Positions 25,359 to 38,130 are shown, counted from the first letter of the stretch. The stretch: 64,000 bases of DNA from an uncultured bacterium (GCA_964344305.1 CAYFMT010000002.1:76310-140309), one strand, 5' to 3'. The notes: generated by a model from the sequence alone, not told the origin. Made by a program: numbers and translations.

Positions 25359-26357
25359 TCAGGGTATTTCTACTGTATCAAACAACCGTTTGATGATATC
25401 CTCTGATGTAATCTCCTCAGCTTCTGCTTCGTAGGTCAGTATAATTCTATGCCTTAGTACGTCGCCACCTATGTACCGCACATCCTCTGGCGTGATATAG
25501 CCACGGTGTTCAATAAATGCACGGGCCTTGGCAGCAAGGATCAAATTGATAGTGGCCCTTGGTGATGCTCCGAACTCAAGTAAGTCCTCGAGATCCGAAA
25601 GACCGTATGTTTTTGGATCACGGGTGGCAAACACGAGATTTAGGACGTAATCCTCAACTTTTTCATCCACATAGATATCGTTAATGATCTTTTGTGCATT
25701 TAAAATCGCATCAGGTTCAATCACCGGTGCCAGTTCTCCAAATGCTTCTCCTGTCTTTGCCGCCCTTCTCATGATGGTTCTCTCTTCATCATAGGATGGA
25801 TAATCTACCTTTAGCTTGAACATAAAACGATCTACTTGCGCTTCTGGCAAGGGGTAGGTGCCTTCTTGCTCAATGGGATTTTGTGTGGCCATAACAAGGA
25901 ATGGTTTTTCAAGCACAAATGTATCTTCACCGATGGTGACCTGCTTTTCCTGCATGGATTCCAGCAATGCACTCTGAACTTTTGAAGGCGCACGGTTAAT
26001 TTCATCTGCTAGAATGATGTTTGAGAAAATGGGTCCCTGCCTGGTTTCAAAAGTGCCTGTTTTTTGGTTATAGATCAATGTACCGAGCAGATCTGCAGGG
26101 AGCATGTCAGGGGTAAACTGGATCCGTTGAAATTTTGTGTGAATCAACTGTGCCAGCGTCTTTATAGTCAAGGTTTTAGCAAGACCAGGAACCCCTTCCA
26201 GAAGGATATGCCCGTCCGCCAGTATGCAGATCAGTATTTTATTGACCAATTCCTGCTGACCGACAATGACGGTTCCAAGGGTGCGTTTCAGGTCATCAAC
26301 GAAGACGGACTCCTTGGCTATCCGCTCGTTGATTTCGGATAAACTAAAGTCACTCAT
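25359..26357 (-). CDS. moxR: MoxR-family AAA+ ATPase
   Basis: LLEGVPGLAKT Walker A, ILADEINRA Walker B and VMATQNPIEQEGTYPLPEAQVDRF. 332 aa. Confidence 0.9.
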   Translation of the reverse strand: MSDFSLSEINERIAKESVFVDDLKRTLGTVIVGQQELVNKILICILADGHILLEGVPGLAKTLTIKTLAQLIHTKFQRIQFTPDMLPADLLGTLIYNQKTGTFETRQGPIFSNIILADEINRAPSKVQSALLESMQEKQVTIGEDTFVLEKPFLVMATQNPIEQEGTYPLPEAQVDRFMFKLKVDYPSYDEERTIMRRAAKTGEAFGELAPVIEPDAILNAQKIINDIYVDEKVEDYVLNLVFATRDPKTYGLSDLEDLLEFGASPRATINLILAAKARAFIEHRGYITPEDVRYIGGDVLRHRIILTYEAEAEEITSEDIIKRLFDTVEIP

Positions 26358-26372
26358 GGTGTGAATTCCTTA

Positions 26373-27137
26373 TTAAGGTAATGCCGGTTCGTCACCAGCA
26401 ATATGTTTTAAGACAGGGATTTCATTGATATCCATCCCCAGGTATTCCAATTCAAACTTCACAGAGGGGACAAGCTCATGATTCGGAAATCGGTTTAGAA
26501 ACTCTCTGTAAGTATCTGTTGCTTTTTCACCATCATGAAGCACGTTGGCATAAATATAACCGATCATAAATTGAGCATGTGCATCCTGACCTGTTCCCTC
26601 AAAATCGGTAACAACTTTTCTGTAGCTGTCAATTGCTTTTGCAAAATCTCTTAAATCATTCATGTATATATCACCTATCAGGTATTGTGATTTAGGGGAT
26701 ATGTCATGTTCAGGATAATGCTGGATCAAATATTCGAGAGTACGGATAGATTTTTGAATTTCCTTTTTATTACGCTGCGATTCAGATACGTTTTTAAGCC
26801 ATTCAGGGAAATAATTCATATCAGCTTCTGCCATGGAAACGATTCGGCTATCAGGATATTTTCCGGGTATTGCTTCCAGTAAAGACCAACCAGCATCGTA
26901 GTCGTTTAATCGATCCAGGTACAGTCTGGACAGTTTGTATTCAGCCTCTGGGGCCAGTGAATCGGTGGTATGATTCTGTAGAATGGTATTATATGAATCA
27001 ATTGCCAGTTCAAATTCCCCGGCCTGTATATGTTCATCAGCCATTTCCATCAGCTTTTCCGGCGATTTTCCACAACCGATGAAAGCCAACAATATCATTC
27101 CTGTAATGATGTGTTTGGATCGCATTTTATTATCCAT
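26373..27137 (-). CDS. TPR-repeat lipoprotein (BamD/YfiO-like, tentative)
   Basis: Lipobox FIGC and repeated TPR-like helices (AEYKLSRLY, SQYLIGDIY, AQFMIGYIY). It lies downstream of the Omp85-family gene. Confidence 0.6.
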   Translation of the reverse strand: MDNKMRSKHIITGMILLAFIGCGKSPEKLMEMADEHIQAGEFELAIDSYNTILQNHTTDSLAPEAEYKLSRLYLDRLNDYDAGWSLLEAIPGKYPDSRIVSMAEADMNYFPEWLKNVSESQRNKKEIQKSIRTLEYLIQHYPEHDISPKSQYLIGDIYMNDLRDFAKAIDSYRKVVTDFEGTGQDAHAQFMIGYIYANVLHDGEKATDTYREFLNRFPNHELVPSVKFELEYLGMDINEIPVLKHIAGDEPALP

Positions 27138-27231
27138 TGATTCTATTAAAAAAGTGGCGGAATTTAGACGGACACCTGCCTCTACCGCAATGGTTTTGCC
27201 CGTTCATACATACGACAAAATCAGGAGTTCC

Positions 27232-29055
27232 CTAAAATATATATTGGACCCCTAACTGGATCATTCCTCTTTTGTTCCCTTCCAGTGGGACCGCATAATC
27301 CAATCGAGCAGGACCCAGTGGGGTGTCTACAGTAATTCCCACACCATGATTCCATTCGATGGTGGAGTAAGTCACCTTTGAAAAATGGTCTGTAAGAATC
27401 CCACCATCTAGAAACAACTCTATTCCAAGAAGCCAGAATAAGGGAAATCTTAATTCCCAGTTTGTAAGAAATCGCACCACATCACCATACTCAAGAATAT
27501 CAGTACCGTTGGCAGCCGTCTCCGTCTTGAATCGAAATGTATCCCAACCGCGCATTGTGGTACTTCCACCCAGATAAAATTTGTCTTTGTTCTCATCTGT
27601 ATAGGATTGCTTCCATCCAAACATCATTCCATATTTAACACGACTCGCCAGTACCAGTTTACCAAAAATTGGGATGTATGTATTTAGTCCGAAATCATAT
27701 TTAAAGTATTCCCGATTCCCTCCGAGAACTGGTCCCCCGGTCTGTCTCAGTTCCCCGTCTATCTTGTACCCACGAGAGGGATAGATGGGATGATTAGCGC
27801 GATCCAGATGCACCCTGCATTCAACGGATCGTTGCTCAATATCCAAACCTTTATCCCCAAAAGATGCCCCTTCGGGAATGATGTTTTTATCCCAGCTCAA
27901 TGTAGAAAGGAAATACGATCGATTTAAGAAACGAATATGATTTTCGATCTGAAATCCATACCGATGAATATTTGCATTCGTAAGGGAATAGTTACGGAGT
28001 GTCTCATAATACAGTCCCACGGTTGTGGGTATACGCCACACGTTTAATATCCATTGGTTCCCGAATTGCATATCATATCGGAATTTGGGGTAGTATAGTT
28101 CCTGCCCTATGGGAAAATGCCCAGATAGTTTCGCGGAAAAATTTGTTGATGTATGAAAAAGGCTTCTATTTCGCCATTCGATATCGCCACCTAAACCTGG
28201 AATTGGCTCTACACCTTCATTGTATTCAACCGGGAAAAATCCGCCTTCGGAAATCCACTCTCGAGTTTTGAACTGACGTAGTTCGATAAGAATATTCACA
28301 AGTGAATCTGTCTGAGCTATCCGAATAGGTGACAAGGAAACGAGTGAAAACACCCCCGTTTCCTTAATCCTTTTCTGTGTTTTGTCAATGAGGGACCGCT
28401 GATACAAGGTTCCGCTCTCAAAAGCGATTTCTCGTTCGACGATACGAGGATTAATAGGCTCAACTCCTTCGATATAGTACCCCTTGACTCCCACATCGAT
28501 GCCCTCATGAATGCGAATAAAAATATCGACTGAATCCTGTATAAAATCCTCAATCTGAACACGAGCGTATAATTTGCCGTACTGATGGTGCTCTGCTTCA
28601 AGGGTGGATAATCGATTGTTTGCCGTGACGGGGTCATACGGTTCATTTCTCTTGAATTGAAGGATATCAAGAATCTTTTGTGTTGGAATCAGGGTGTTTC
28701 CTTCCACATGAATATCACGAATGAAATATTGATTTCCTTCATTGATAGTGAAATGAATATCGATGTTATCTTCCTCCACAAAGATGGAGTCAGTCACAAT
28801 TACTGAGAGAAATCCATGGGAGATATAGAGGTTTTTTACGGTGATGGCATCCAGTTTTAAAACACGGCGGTCATACACAGGTTTTATGAACCAGCGAGAT
28901 TTTGACAGGCGTAGATGATTTGTGATTTCTTTTGAACTCAGGTATGAATTGCCTGAAATACTTATGTCGCGAACAGAGGCGTTTTCCTGCCCAAATAGAA
29001 CAGACATCACCCCAATCCATGCCAGGATGTAAAATTTTCGTCGATTTGTTGTCAC
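27232..29055 (-). CDS. Omp85-family outer-membrane protein with POTRA domains (TamA/BamA-like)
   Basis: Signal peptide, POTRA-like repeats (VRDISISGN..., IRDIHVEGN...), and a C-terminal beta-barrel ending in an aromatic residue (...LGVQYIF). Paired with tamB. Confidence 0.7.
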   Translation of the reverse strand: MTTNRRKFYILAWIGVMSVLFGQENASVRDISISGNSYLSSKEITNHLRLSKSRWFIKPVYDRRVLKLDAITVKNLYISHGFLSVIVTDSIFVEEDNIDIHFTINEGNQYFIRDIHVEGNTLIPTQKILDILQFKRNEPYDPVTANNRLSTLEAEHHQYGKLYARVQIEDFIQDSVDIFIRIHEGIDVGVKGYYIEGVEPINPRIVEREIAFESGTLYQRSLIDKTQKRIKETGVFSLVSLSPIRIAQTDSLVNILIELRQFKTREWISEGGFFPVEYNEGVEPIPGLGGDIEWRNRSLFHTSTNFSAKLSGHFPIGQELYYPKFRYDMQFGNQWILNVWRIPTTVGLYYETLRNYSLTNANIHRYGFQIENHIRFLNRSYFLSTLSWDKNIIPEGASFGDKGLDIEQRSVECRVHLDRANHPIYPSRGYKIDGELRQTGGPVLGGNREYFKYDFGLNTYIPIFGKLVLASRVKYGMMFGWKQSYTDENKDKFYLGGSTTMRGWDTFRFKTETAANGTDILEYGDVVRFLTNWELRFPLFWLLGIELFLDGGILTDHFSKVTYSTIEWNHGVGITVDTPLGPARLDYAVPLEGNKRGMIQLGVQYIF

Positions 29056-29063
29056 AGATGTCT

Positions 29064-32000
29064 CTAGTATGAGTAACGCAGTCGATATTTCACAGTGAAA
29101 TTATCATTTTCATCGACATTACCAACTAGAGAAAAATAGCGATTTACTTTTAGTTCTACACCGACTTCATTGGAATAACTCCCCAATGAAAACGATCGTT
29201 TATAGGCAAATGATAAATTATCCGTTAACCCGGCTTTAATGGATAGTTCTTCTCCCATCCCGGGATCTATAAGACCTGTGGCACCCGAAATTGAGACATC
29301 ATCAACAATCCCTCCTACACCTCCAATATTTGCAAGGTTTCGTTCAATTTCTGATGCAAGCCATGATCCGAGAAATTGCTGAGCCTGCACACCAAACCCG
29401 GTGGCATTGGTTTCCAATTCATCAAATCGGACACCCATCATGAGCAGTTCAAAAATATCACTTTCAGAATATCCACTTGTGGAGGTAGGATTAATCTGCA
29501 AATTATCCGGTGTACCAATCACATTCAACGTGATTTCCTCATCATCAATACTGGTAATAGCTTCAATTTCCATGTATGGATTAAACCCATTATTATCAAA
29601 GGCTAAATAACCGTATGTTATATCAAAAATATCACTGTAGAAATAGAATTTCCCGTCGATAAATTGAAGTTCACCTGCCCAATCCGCCTCCTGGTTTCCT
29701 TCTTGTGTGTACCCAATTTCACCAATCAGGGTGGCATCCATTTGGCTGTTAAGAAGGGAAAACTGTTCAATGATGGGCATGTTAATCCTGTAAACATAAA
29801 CGGTACTACTGCTTTCAATATCGCCTAAATCTGTATCACTGAATTCCTGAAACATTTCCATATCGATCAAACCAACATTACCAGTTATGGTTATTGTATC
29901 ACGACCCATAATGTGGAGATCAGAATTCACCCTTCCCTCTATATCATATTCAATGGCATCAATATAAATTTCTTCACCTATCACCTTTAGGTTGAAGTCC
30001 GGACTAAAGAACCGAGTCATATCCATTCCACCCAAAATTGTCAGGTTATCCCTGGTGCTTTTAGTATTCTTTAACATAGAGCCGGTCAATGTTTCAAACT
30101 GGTATTGATTGTCTTTCAATGTTGCTGCGCCATTTACATTGGTAATCGGGTCATTAACCAACAATGAATACACCATACCATTCCTAATTTGCATGGATCC
30201 GTTGCGAATCATGTGCTCAGGCGTACCCGTTAAATAGAGATCAATACCAATTTTTCCCCGTATTGAATCCACGTCCGTAAGATAGTTTGTGAGAAAATCC
30301 ATATTGTTAAAGGATCCGTGACTTTCAATAAATATAGGTTCACCCTCTTTGTAACTACCAAACGAGGGTGACCCTGGTGTGTAGTCAATTGGGAGATAGC
30401 CCTTACCATGAATGCGGTCCCCATTTTGTCTCTCGGACGAGAAGGCGTGATAATTCAATCTGTTCCCATCATAGGCTCCATCTCCTTTGACTGTCCCCAG
30501 ATGAATCAGGTCGAACATTGTATTTTCGATATTAACGTCAAAATTGAATGTTGTACGGGGTCCAAAACTCGAAAATGAAAAATCACCAGTAGCAGAACCT
30601 TTAATATCAAACCAGGGAGGCATAAATGATAAGAACCATTCCATATCCACATGGGTGAAGTTGGACTCAAAACTCATTGGTACAGTGGTTGTTTTATCGG
30701 GGAAACCAGATGGAATTGTCCCTGACAATTGAAACCCGGTTTTCTCTCCCACCATGGATATATCATCAATGTGCAAGACTGAGTCTTTTAGTACACATGA
30801 AATATATACGTCCTGAAAATCCTGTGCTTTTATACTTCCATTTTTTATGGATAGATCAACAGAAATTTCGGGAGATCTATCCTCATTCGACACGCTTACT
30901 TCACCAAAAAGTGTACCAGTAATATCTGATATATTCTCCGGTAATATCCACCTGACAATTTCACTGTTTATACCTGAGAATTTTAAAATACCGTTATATG
31001 AATCCGTCCAGGTTCCAGTCCCCTCCAAGACACCATCATCCACATGCAATTCAAAGGGAAGAATAGTTATTAATGAATCTGTCCAAAACAATATTGCATC
31101 TGATGGGTTTACAAGAAAGTGAGATTGATACGCCATTTGCAATCGGGTTATTTCAATTTTCGTATTCCTGTCATACCTCCCATTTATTTCAATATAATCT
31201 GGACCGTCATTCATGTGAAGTTGTTCCAGAGATATCCAGTCTGGACTCAGTTGAATATCAATAATTCCATTATCAACATGCTGTTCTTGAATAATGCCAT
31301 CTTCCATGGACAGATGAATAAAACCATTATCAAGTTTATATACATCCTGTACTGTTGCTTCAATGGTTCCACTTGATATAATATAATCTCTGTAAACCAG
31401 GTTTTCAAAATCAACATCTGCATTGACATCAGGAGCATCAAAGGATCCTTCAACGTCCAATAGACCAGTAGCCATTCCATCCTGAAGTATATCGGACCAA
31501 AAATTGTTCAGCAGAAATGGGCTTGCATTTTTTAGCTCGAAATGAATGTTCAATGTTTGTTCAAAGAAATCAGACCAGCCAGAAACCTCTACACTGCTGT
31601 TTCCCACGTGGACAGAAACAGGGTCAGTAATGGTTAATCGTTGATCATTGTATGCCATAGACCCTGAGATAGAAAGCGATTCCCCTTCATAGATTGATGT
31701 ATCCTGAATTTCTGTTGAGATTGATACGGATGTGAGTTTTTGATCTGTTACAGACCCTTCCAGCAATGCGAGTCCGGAAACACTGGTAGGATTGTTGCTT
31801 TCAAGCCATTGACTGATATCTATGTTCGCCATTTCCATGGACCCATTGATCCGTCCAGAATTTTCTACTATTCCTTTTAACAACATTTCCGAGTCATCGC
31901 TTTTTAGTGATAACTGGTGCAGTCGAAAATAATCCGGTTGTTTTTCGAGTAAAAAATCGCCATTCATATCAAGTCCCAATGGACTTTCTACCTGGATTAT

Positions 32001-32849
32001 TCCGTGTGAAAGAGAGAAGTCCGTATTAAATGAGCAATGCATATTCAGTGATGAAATTTCTGGTGAAAGGGGAATCTGACTAAAGAAATCCCTGGGAATA
32101 TGATAATCAACGACATCAACATTTCCCTGTAGATGTCGCACCTTATCCTCAAAGTATCTTACAGTTCCGTCAAATGCGAAATCATCTATAATGGTTCTTT
32201 CAAATGAGGCAGTGACAGAGTTTGGGGATATTTTAATGAATGCATTATCCATTTTAACAGAATGCTGATTTGTCAATTCATTAACAGCCATATTTTTAAT
32301 GGCAATGAGTGTGGAATTATTTTCTGAGAGTATGGACCCTTGGATATCCATATCCAGCAAATACATGTCCCCTGGAGTATCCACGGTGATGTTGCCTTTA
32401 ATCATGATCCCCTTAATTGACATTGGCAGTATCATCCTTTCAGGATACAATCGAAATTCATCGCTGTCAGTTGATGCAGGTCTGATTCCTCGTTGACGAA
32501 TATAGATATCTCCAACGTACAGCGTAGAAAAAACAGTTTTGCCAAAGAAAAAAGATATTGGATTCAAGCGGAATGAACATTCGTCAAGGGTGATCGAATT
32601 ACCGTTTTGATGTGTGAGCTCCAGCTGATCAACACGAATCATGGAGAGAGCATGGCCAGAAACCTCATCTGTCTTGACAGCCCAACCAGATGATTTCAGA
32701 TAGTCATCATTTAATGTATCGAGGAGAGTCTTTTCCCACAAAGTCGGTCGAAGCAAATAGTATCCGCTTACTACCAGCAGGAGTATAGAGCCATAGACAA
32801 TGATTCGTGCACGTTTCATGTTGGATAGAGTTATTCCCTGAGCTAACAA
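29064..32849 (-). CDS. tamB: Translocation and assembly module protein TamB (AsmA-like, DUF490 C-terminus)
   Basis: 1261 aa with a single N-terminal TM anchor and a long beta-rich body. The C-terminal region has the TamB-type terminal repeats (...FSLVGNVDENDNFTVKYRLRYSY). Adjacent to the Omp85 partner. Confidence 0.7.
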   Translation of the reverse strand: MLAQGITLSNMKRARIIVYGSILLLVVSGYYLLRPTLWEKTLLDTLNDDYLKSSGWAVKTDEVSGHALSMIRVDQLELTHQNGNSITLDECSFRLNPISFFFGKTVFSTLYVGDIYIRQRGIRPASTDSDEFRLYPERMILPMSIKGIMIKGNITVDTPGDMYLLDMDIQGSILSENNSTLIAIKNMAVNELTNQHSVKMDNAFIKISPNSVTASFERTIIDDFAFDGTVRYFEDKVRHLQGNVDVVDYHIPRDFFSQIPLSPEISSLNMHCSFNTDFSLSHGIIQVESPLGLDMNGDFLLEKQPDYFRLHQLSLKSDDSEMLLKGIVENSGRINGSMEMANIDISQWLESNNPTSVSGLALLEGSVTDQKLTSVSISTEIQDTSIYEGESLSISGSMAYNDQRLTITDPVSVHVGNSSVEVSGWSDFFEQTLNIHFELKNASPFLLNNFWSDILQDGMATGLLDVEGSFDAPDVNADVDFENLVYRDYIISSGTIEATVQDVYKLDNGFIHLSMEDGIIQEQHVDNGIIDIQLSPDWISLEQLHMNDGPDYIEINGRYDRNTKIEITRLQMAYQSHFLVNPSDAILFWTDSLITILPFELHVDDGVLEGTGTWTDSYNGILKFSGINSEIVRWILPENISDITGTLFGEVSVSNEDRSPEISVDLSIKNGSIKAQDFQDVYISCVLKDSVLHIDDISMVGEKTGFQLSGTIPSGFPDKTTTVPMSFESNFTHVDMEWFLSFMPPWFDIKGSATGDFSFSSFGPRTTFNFDVNIENTMFDLIHLGTVKGDGAYDGNRLNYHAFSSERQNGDRIHGKGYLPIDYTPGSPSFGSYKEGEPIFIESHGSFNNMDFLTNYLTDVDSIRGKIGIDLYLTGTPEHMIRNGSMQIRNGMVYSLLVNDPITNVNGAATLKDNQYQFETLTGSMLKNTKSTRDNLTILGGMDMTRFFSPDFNLKVIGEEIYIDAIEYDIEGRVNSDLHIMGRDTITITGNVGLIDMEMFQEFSDTDLGDIESSSTVYVYRINMPIIEQFSLLNSQMDATLIGEIGYTQEGNQEADWAGELQFIDGKFYFYSDIFDITYGYLAFDNNGFNPYMEIEAITSIDDEEITLNVIGTPDNLQINPTSTSGYSESDIFELLMMGVRFDELETNATGFGVQAQQFLGSWLASEIERNLANIGGVGGIVDDVSISGATGLIDPGMGEELSIKAGLTDNLSFAYKRSFSLGSYSNEVGVELKVNRYFSLVGNVDENDNFTVKYRLRYSY

Positions 32850-32875
32850 AATTACATGAAGTGGGTTCCAAATAC

Positions 32876-32907
32876 AAAAAAAGCGTCCATTTCAGGACGC
32901 TTTTTTT
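32876..32907 (-). terminator. Rho-independent (bidirectional-looking) terminator after dnaK
   Basis: An A-run, GCGTCC (32883-32888), loop ATTTCA, GGACGC (32895-32900), then T7 (32901-32907). It lies between the dnaK stop and the tamB start. Confidence 0.7.
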
Positions 32908-32928
32908 CAAGATTATTCAGGTCGGTGT

Positions 32929-34896
<1,968 letters not shown>

Positions 34897-34951
34897 CTAT
34901 GTCATGCAATATGGCAGATTATACCTCATTTTACCTTTTTATGGCAGACAA

Positions 34952-37429
34952 TTAAACTGATTCTTTCTTCGGAGATTTTTTAGGGCTGGTTCTTTTTTGG
35001 CGTTTCGTGTTAAAAGTGATCGAAAACTCCTTCTTGACAGCATCCACTCTGATGGTATCTCCATTTCTGGATGCTTTATCAAGCAGCATTTCACTGATTG
35101 GGTTCTCAAGATTGGTCTGAATCTCTCGCCTCAGGTGTCTTGCTCCATATTCTACACTGTATCCCAGTTCAACCAGGAGTTGTTTTGCTCGTTTGGTAAT
35201 TGAAAATGTTTTACCCATCTTTCCTAGGTTTTCCAACAGATCCGATATTTGGATATCAACAATATTCAGTACATCAGATTTACGAAGGGGATGAAAGACA
35301 AGTTTCTCATCGACTCTGTTGAGAAATTCCGGACTGAACATCAACTTCACTTCTTCCATGATCCGGGCTTCAATTTCTTTTTCAGTTGACTCAAGGTTTT
35401 CTTCTAAAAACCCTATTCCACCTGTTGCTTGCAGCGTTTTTGTTCCCAGGTTGGATGTCATAATGACAATGGTATTCTTGAAATCAACTTTTCTACCAAG
35501 ACTATCTGTAAGTAACCCTTCATCAAACAATTGCAATAGAAGATTAAAAACATCAGTGTGGGCTTTTTCTATCTCATCGAACAGAATGACGGAATAAGGG
35601 TTTCTCCTTACCCTTTCTGTCAGATCTCCACCTTCTTCGTACCCGACATACCCGGGAGGAGCCCCGATTAATCTGGAAACAGTAAATCGCTCACTGTATT
35701 CTGACATATCCAGTTTGATGAGGGCATTCTGGTGACTGAACAGGTACTGGGCCAGTCCCTTCGCCATTTCCGTTTTTCCTACACCCGTTGGCCCTAGAAA
35801 CAAAAACACTCCGATGGGTCTGTTTGGATTTTTTAATCCTGCCCTGGCTCGCTGGATGGATCTGGTTAGAGAATCGATGGCATGATTCTGCCCCACGATA
35901 TAACGGTGAAGACCATCCCTCATATTCAATAGTTTTTTACTTTCTGATTCCGCTACCTCATTCAGCGGTATTCCTGTCATGAGTGCAACCACATCCGCTA
36001 CATTTTGTTTTGTTATGCGTTCCGGGTTCAGTTTTTCAGAATCCACCCATTCCCTATGATACTCTCCCAGTTTTTTAACAAGTTGATGCTCTTTATCCCT
36101 TAAAGTGGCCGCATTCTCAAATTTCTGATCCGCAACCATGGATTCTTTTTTCTTCCGGGTTTCCTCGATTTCTTTTTCAATGTCGAGGATATTCTGGGGA
36201 ACTGAGATGGTTTCCATGTGGGACCGTGAGCCAGCTTCATCCATGACGTCAATGGCTTTATCCGGTAAAAATCTATCACTGATATACCGTTCAGCTAAAT
36301 ACACACAGGCCTCGATGGCTTCATCATCGTAAATAACATTATGATGGGTTTCGTAGTTAGATCTCAATCCCTTTAAAATGGCAATGGATTCATCCATGCT
36401 TGGTGGGTTAACAATTATTCGCTGAAACCGTCGTTCTAGAGCCCCATCTTTTTCAATGGACTTGCGGTATTCATCCATAGTTGTTGCGCCAATGCAATGT
36501 ATATCCCCTCTGGCCAGAGCAGGTTTGAACATATTGGATGCATCCAGAGATCCGGCTGCCCCTCCGGCACCAACAAGGGTATGGATTTCATCAATAAACA
36601 AAATGACATCTTTAGAGTTTTCAAGCTCAACCATGATGGTTTTCATGCGCTCTTCAAATTGTCCTCGATACTTTGTACCGGCAACAGTGGATGCAAGGTC
36701 CAGGGATAAAATGCGTTTGTTCCTGAGCATGCGTGGGACAGATTTTGCAATAATTTTATGTGCCAGACCTTCAATAATGGCCGTTTTTCCCACACCAGGT
36801 TCACCAATCAGTACCGGGTTGTTTTTCTTCCGACGACTCAAGATTTGTGCAACACGTATGATTTCCTCTTCGCGCCCGATAACTGGGTCCAGATCCCCTT
36901 TTCTGGCCAGATCCGTCACATCCCTGCTAAAGTGATCAAGAGCGGGTGTGGTATTCTTTTTCTGCTTTTTCTGAGACGAACCACCCATGGGTTTTGGAGA
37001 CGAATCCTCCTTTATCAATTCTTTCACATTTTGATAATCAAGATTAAACCCTGTTAACACCTCATAGGCAATTCCTTCGGATTCCTTTAACATGGCCAGC
37101 ATTAAATGTTCATCACCTGCAATAGAACGTCCCAGGGCGTTTGCTTCCGTAAAGGCACGGCGGAGTATACGTTCAGCCCTTCGAGTCAACGGAAGATGAC
37201 CAAGAGTCATGGTACCTCCCGACGATTTTATCATATCTTCAATCATGGACCGAATCTCATCCAGGTTACAATCGTAGATTTCCAGAATACTGATGGACTG
37301 GCCGGATTTCAGTTTCAAGATACCAAGTAGAAGATGTTCTGACCCGACATAACTGTGACCAAGGCGAATGGCTTCTTCCTTGGCGGATTTCATAACTCTT
37401 TGTACGTGTTTAGAGAAATTTTCTTTCAT
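34952..37429 (-). CDS. clpC: Class III Clp/Hsp100 ATPase, ClpC type
   Basis: Duplicated Clp_N repeats, two AAA modules (GEPGVGKT and GPTGVGKT) and a short UVR-like linker (FENAATLRDKE) rather than the long ClpB M-domain. 825 aa. Confidence 0.9.
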   Translation of the reverse strand: MKENFSKHVQRVMKSAKEEAIRLGHSYVGSEHLLLGILKLKSGQSISILEIYDCNLDEIRSMIEDMIKSSGGTMTLGHLPLTRRAERILRRAFTEANALGRSIAGDEHLMLAMLKESEGIAYEVLTGFNLDYQNVKELIKEDSSPKPMGGSSQKKQKKNTTPALDHFSRDVTDLARKGDLDPVIGREEEIIRVAQILSRRKKNNPVLIGEPGVGKTAIIEGLAHKIIAKSVPRMLRNKRILSLDLASTVAGTKYRGQFEERMKTIMVELENSKDVILFIDEIHTLVGAGGAAGSLDASNMFKPALARGDIHCIGATTMDEYRKSIEKDGALERRFQRIIVNPPSMDESIAILKGLRSNYETHHNVIYDDEAIEACVYLAERYISDRFLPDKAIDVMDEAGSRSHMETISVPQNILDIEKEIEETRKKKESMVADQKFENAATLRDKEHQLVKKLGEYHREWVDSEKLNPERITKQNVADVVALMTGIPLNEVAESESKKLLNMRDGLHRYIVGQNHAIDSLTRSIQRARAGLKNPNRPIGVFLFLGPTGVGKTEMAKGLAQYLFSHQNALIKLDMSEYSERFTVSRLIGAPPGYVGYEEGGDLTERVRRNPYSVILFDEIEKAHTDVFNLLLQLFDEGLLTDSLGRKVDFKNTIVIMTSNLGTKTLQATGGIGFLEENLESTEKEIEARIMEEVKLMFSPEFLNRVDEKLVFHPLRKSDVLNIVDIQISDLLENLGKMGKTFSITKRAKQLLVELGYSVEYGARHLRREIQTNLENPISEMLLDKASRNGDTIRVDAVKKEFSITFNTKRQKRTSPKKSPKKESV

Positions 37430-37440
37430 GGATAATTCAC

Positions 37441-38130
37441 TTACTCGTCATCAAGACGGTTGTTTGGCACTGGTGTTCCGTTTTCTAATATTAGATGTAC
37501 ATTGCCCACTCCCGCAACCTTTGGATTGTGAGTGGTGATCAGGATCGTTTGTTTGAGGTCTGATCTGATCTGATTCAAGTAGTCAATCATCTTTTCTGCA
37601 TTCTCGGTATCAAGATTCCCTGTGGGTTCGTCCGCCAACAGCAAGTCAGGATTGTTTATCAATGCCCTGCACAACGCAAGTCTTTGACGTTCACCCCCGG
37701 ACAATTGTGATGGAAAATGGTCTTTCCTGTCTATGAGTCCAAAATAATCCAAGAGTTCATCTGCTTTTTTTTCGTTGGGGATCTTTTCATCCAAAATTCT
37801 CGAGGGGATCAGCACATTTTCTCTTGCATTGAACTCAGGGAGCAAATGATGAAACTGGAATACAAACCCAATGTGTCTGTTTCGAAAAGTTGACAATGAT
37901 CTGTCATTTAATTTAAATGGATTTTCTGAACAAATGGTTAATTCACCTGAATCCGGTGTATCCAGTGTTCCAAAAATATTAAGAAGAGTGGATTTCCCAG
38001 ATCCCGACGGACCCATGATGGTAATGAAATCACCCTGCGAGATTTGAAGATTAATATCTGATAGAACATCCAGTTTCCTTGGGCCGATCTGGTAAGATTT
38101 CGATAGGGCTTTTGCTTCTAAAATGATCAT
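37441..38130 (-). CDS. lolD: Lipoprotein-releasing ABC transporter ATP-binding protein
   Basis: GPSGSGKST, LSGGERQR and LLADEPTG. It follows two FtsX/LolCE-type permease genes. Confidence 0.85.
   Translation of the reverse strand: MIILEAKALSKSYQIGPRKLDVLSDINLQISQGDFITIMGPSGSGKSTLLNIFGTLDTPDSGELTICSENPFKLNDRSLSTFRNRHIGFVFQFHHLLPEFNARENVLIPSRILDEKIPNEKKADELLDYFGLIDRKDHFPSQLSGGERQRLALCRALINNPDLLLADEPTGNLDTENAEKMIDYLNQIRSDLKQTILITTHNPKVAGVGNVHLILENGTPVPNNRLDDE

Noticed and set aside
36456-36935. Antisense ORFs of 100-160 aa inside large genes (for example 36456-36935 in clpC, 17797-18282 in the M50 gene, 60407-60883 in ftsH, 52113-52529 across menC, 32856-33266 in dnaK)
   Set aside because: Each is fully nested opposite a gene with unmistakable conserved motifs. 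Their translations are compositionally odd and carry no motifs, and there is no room for their own signals.
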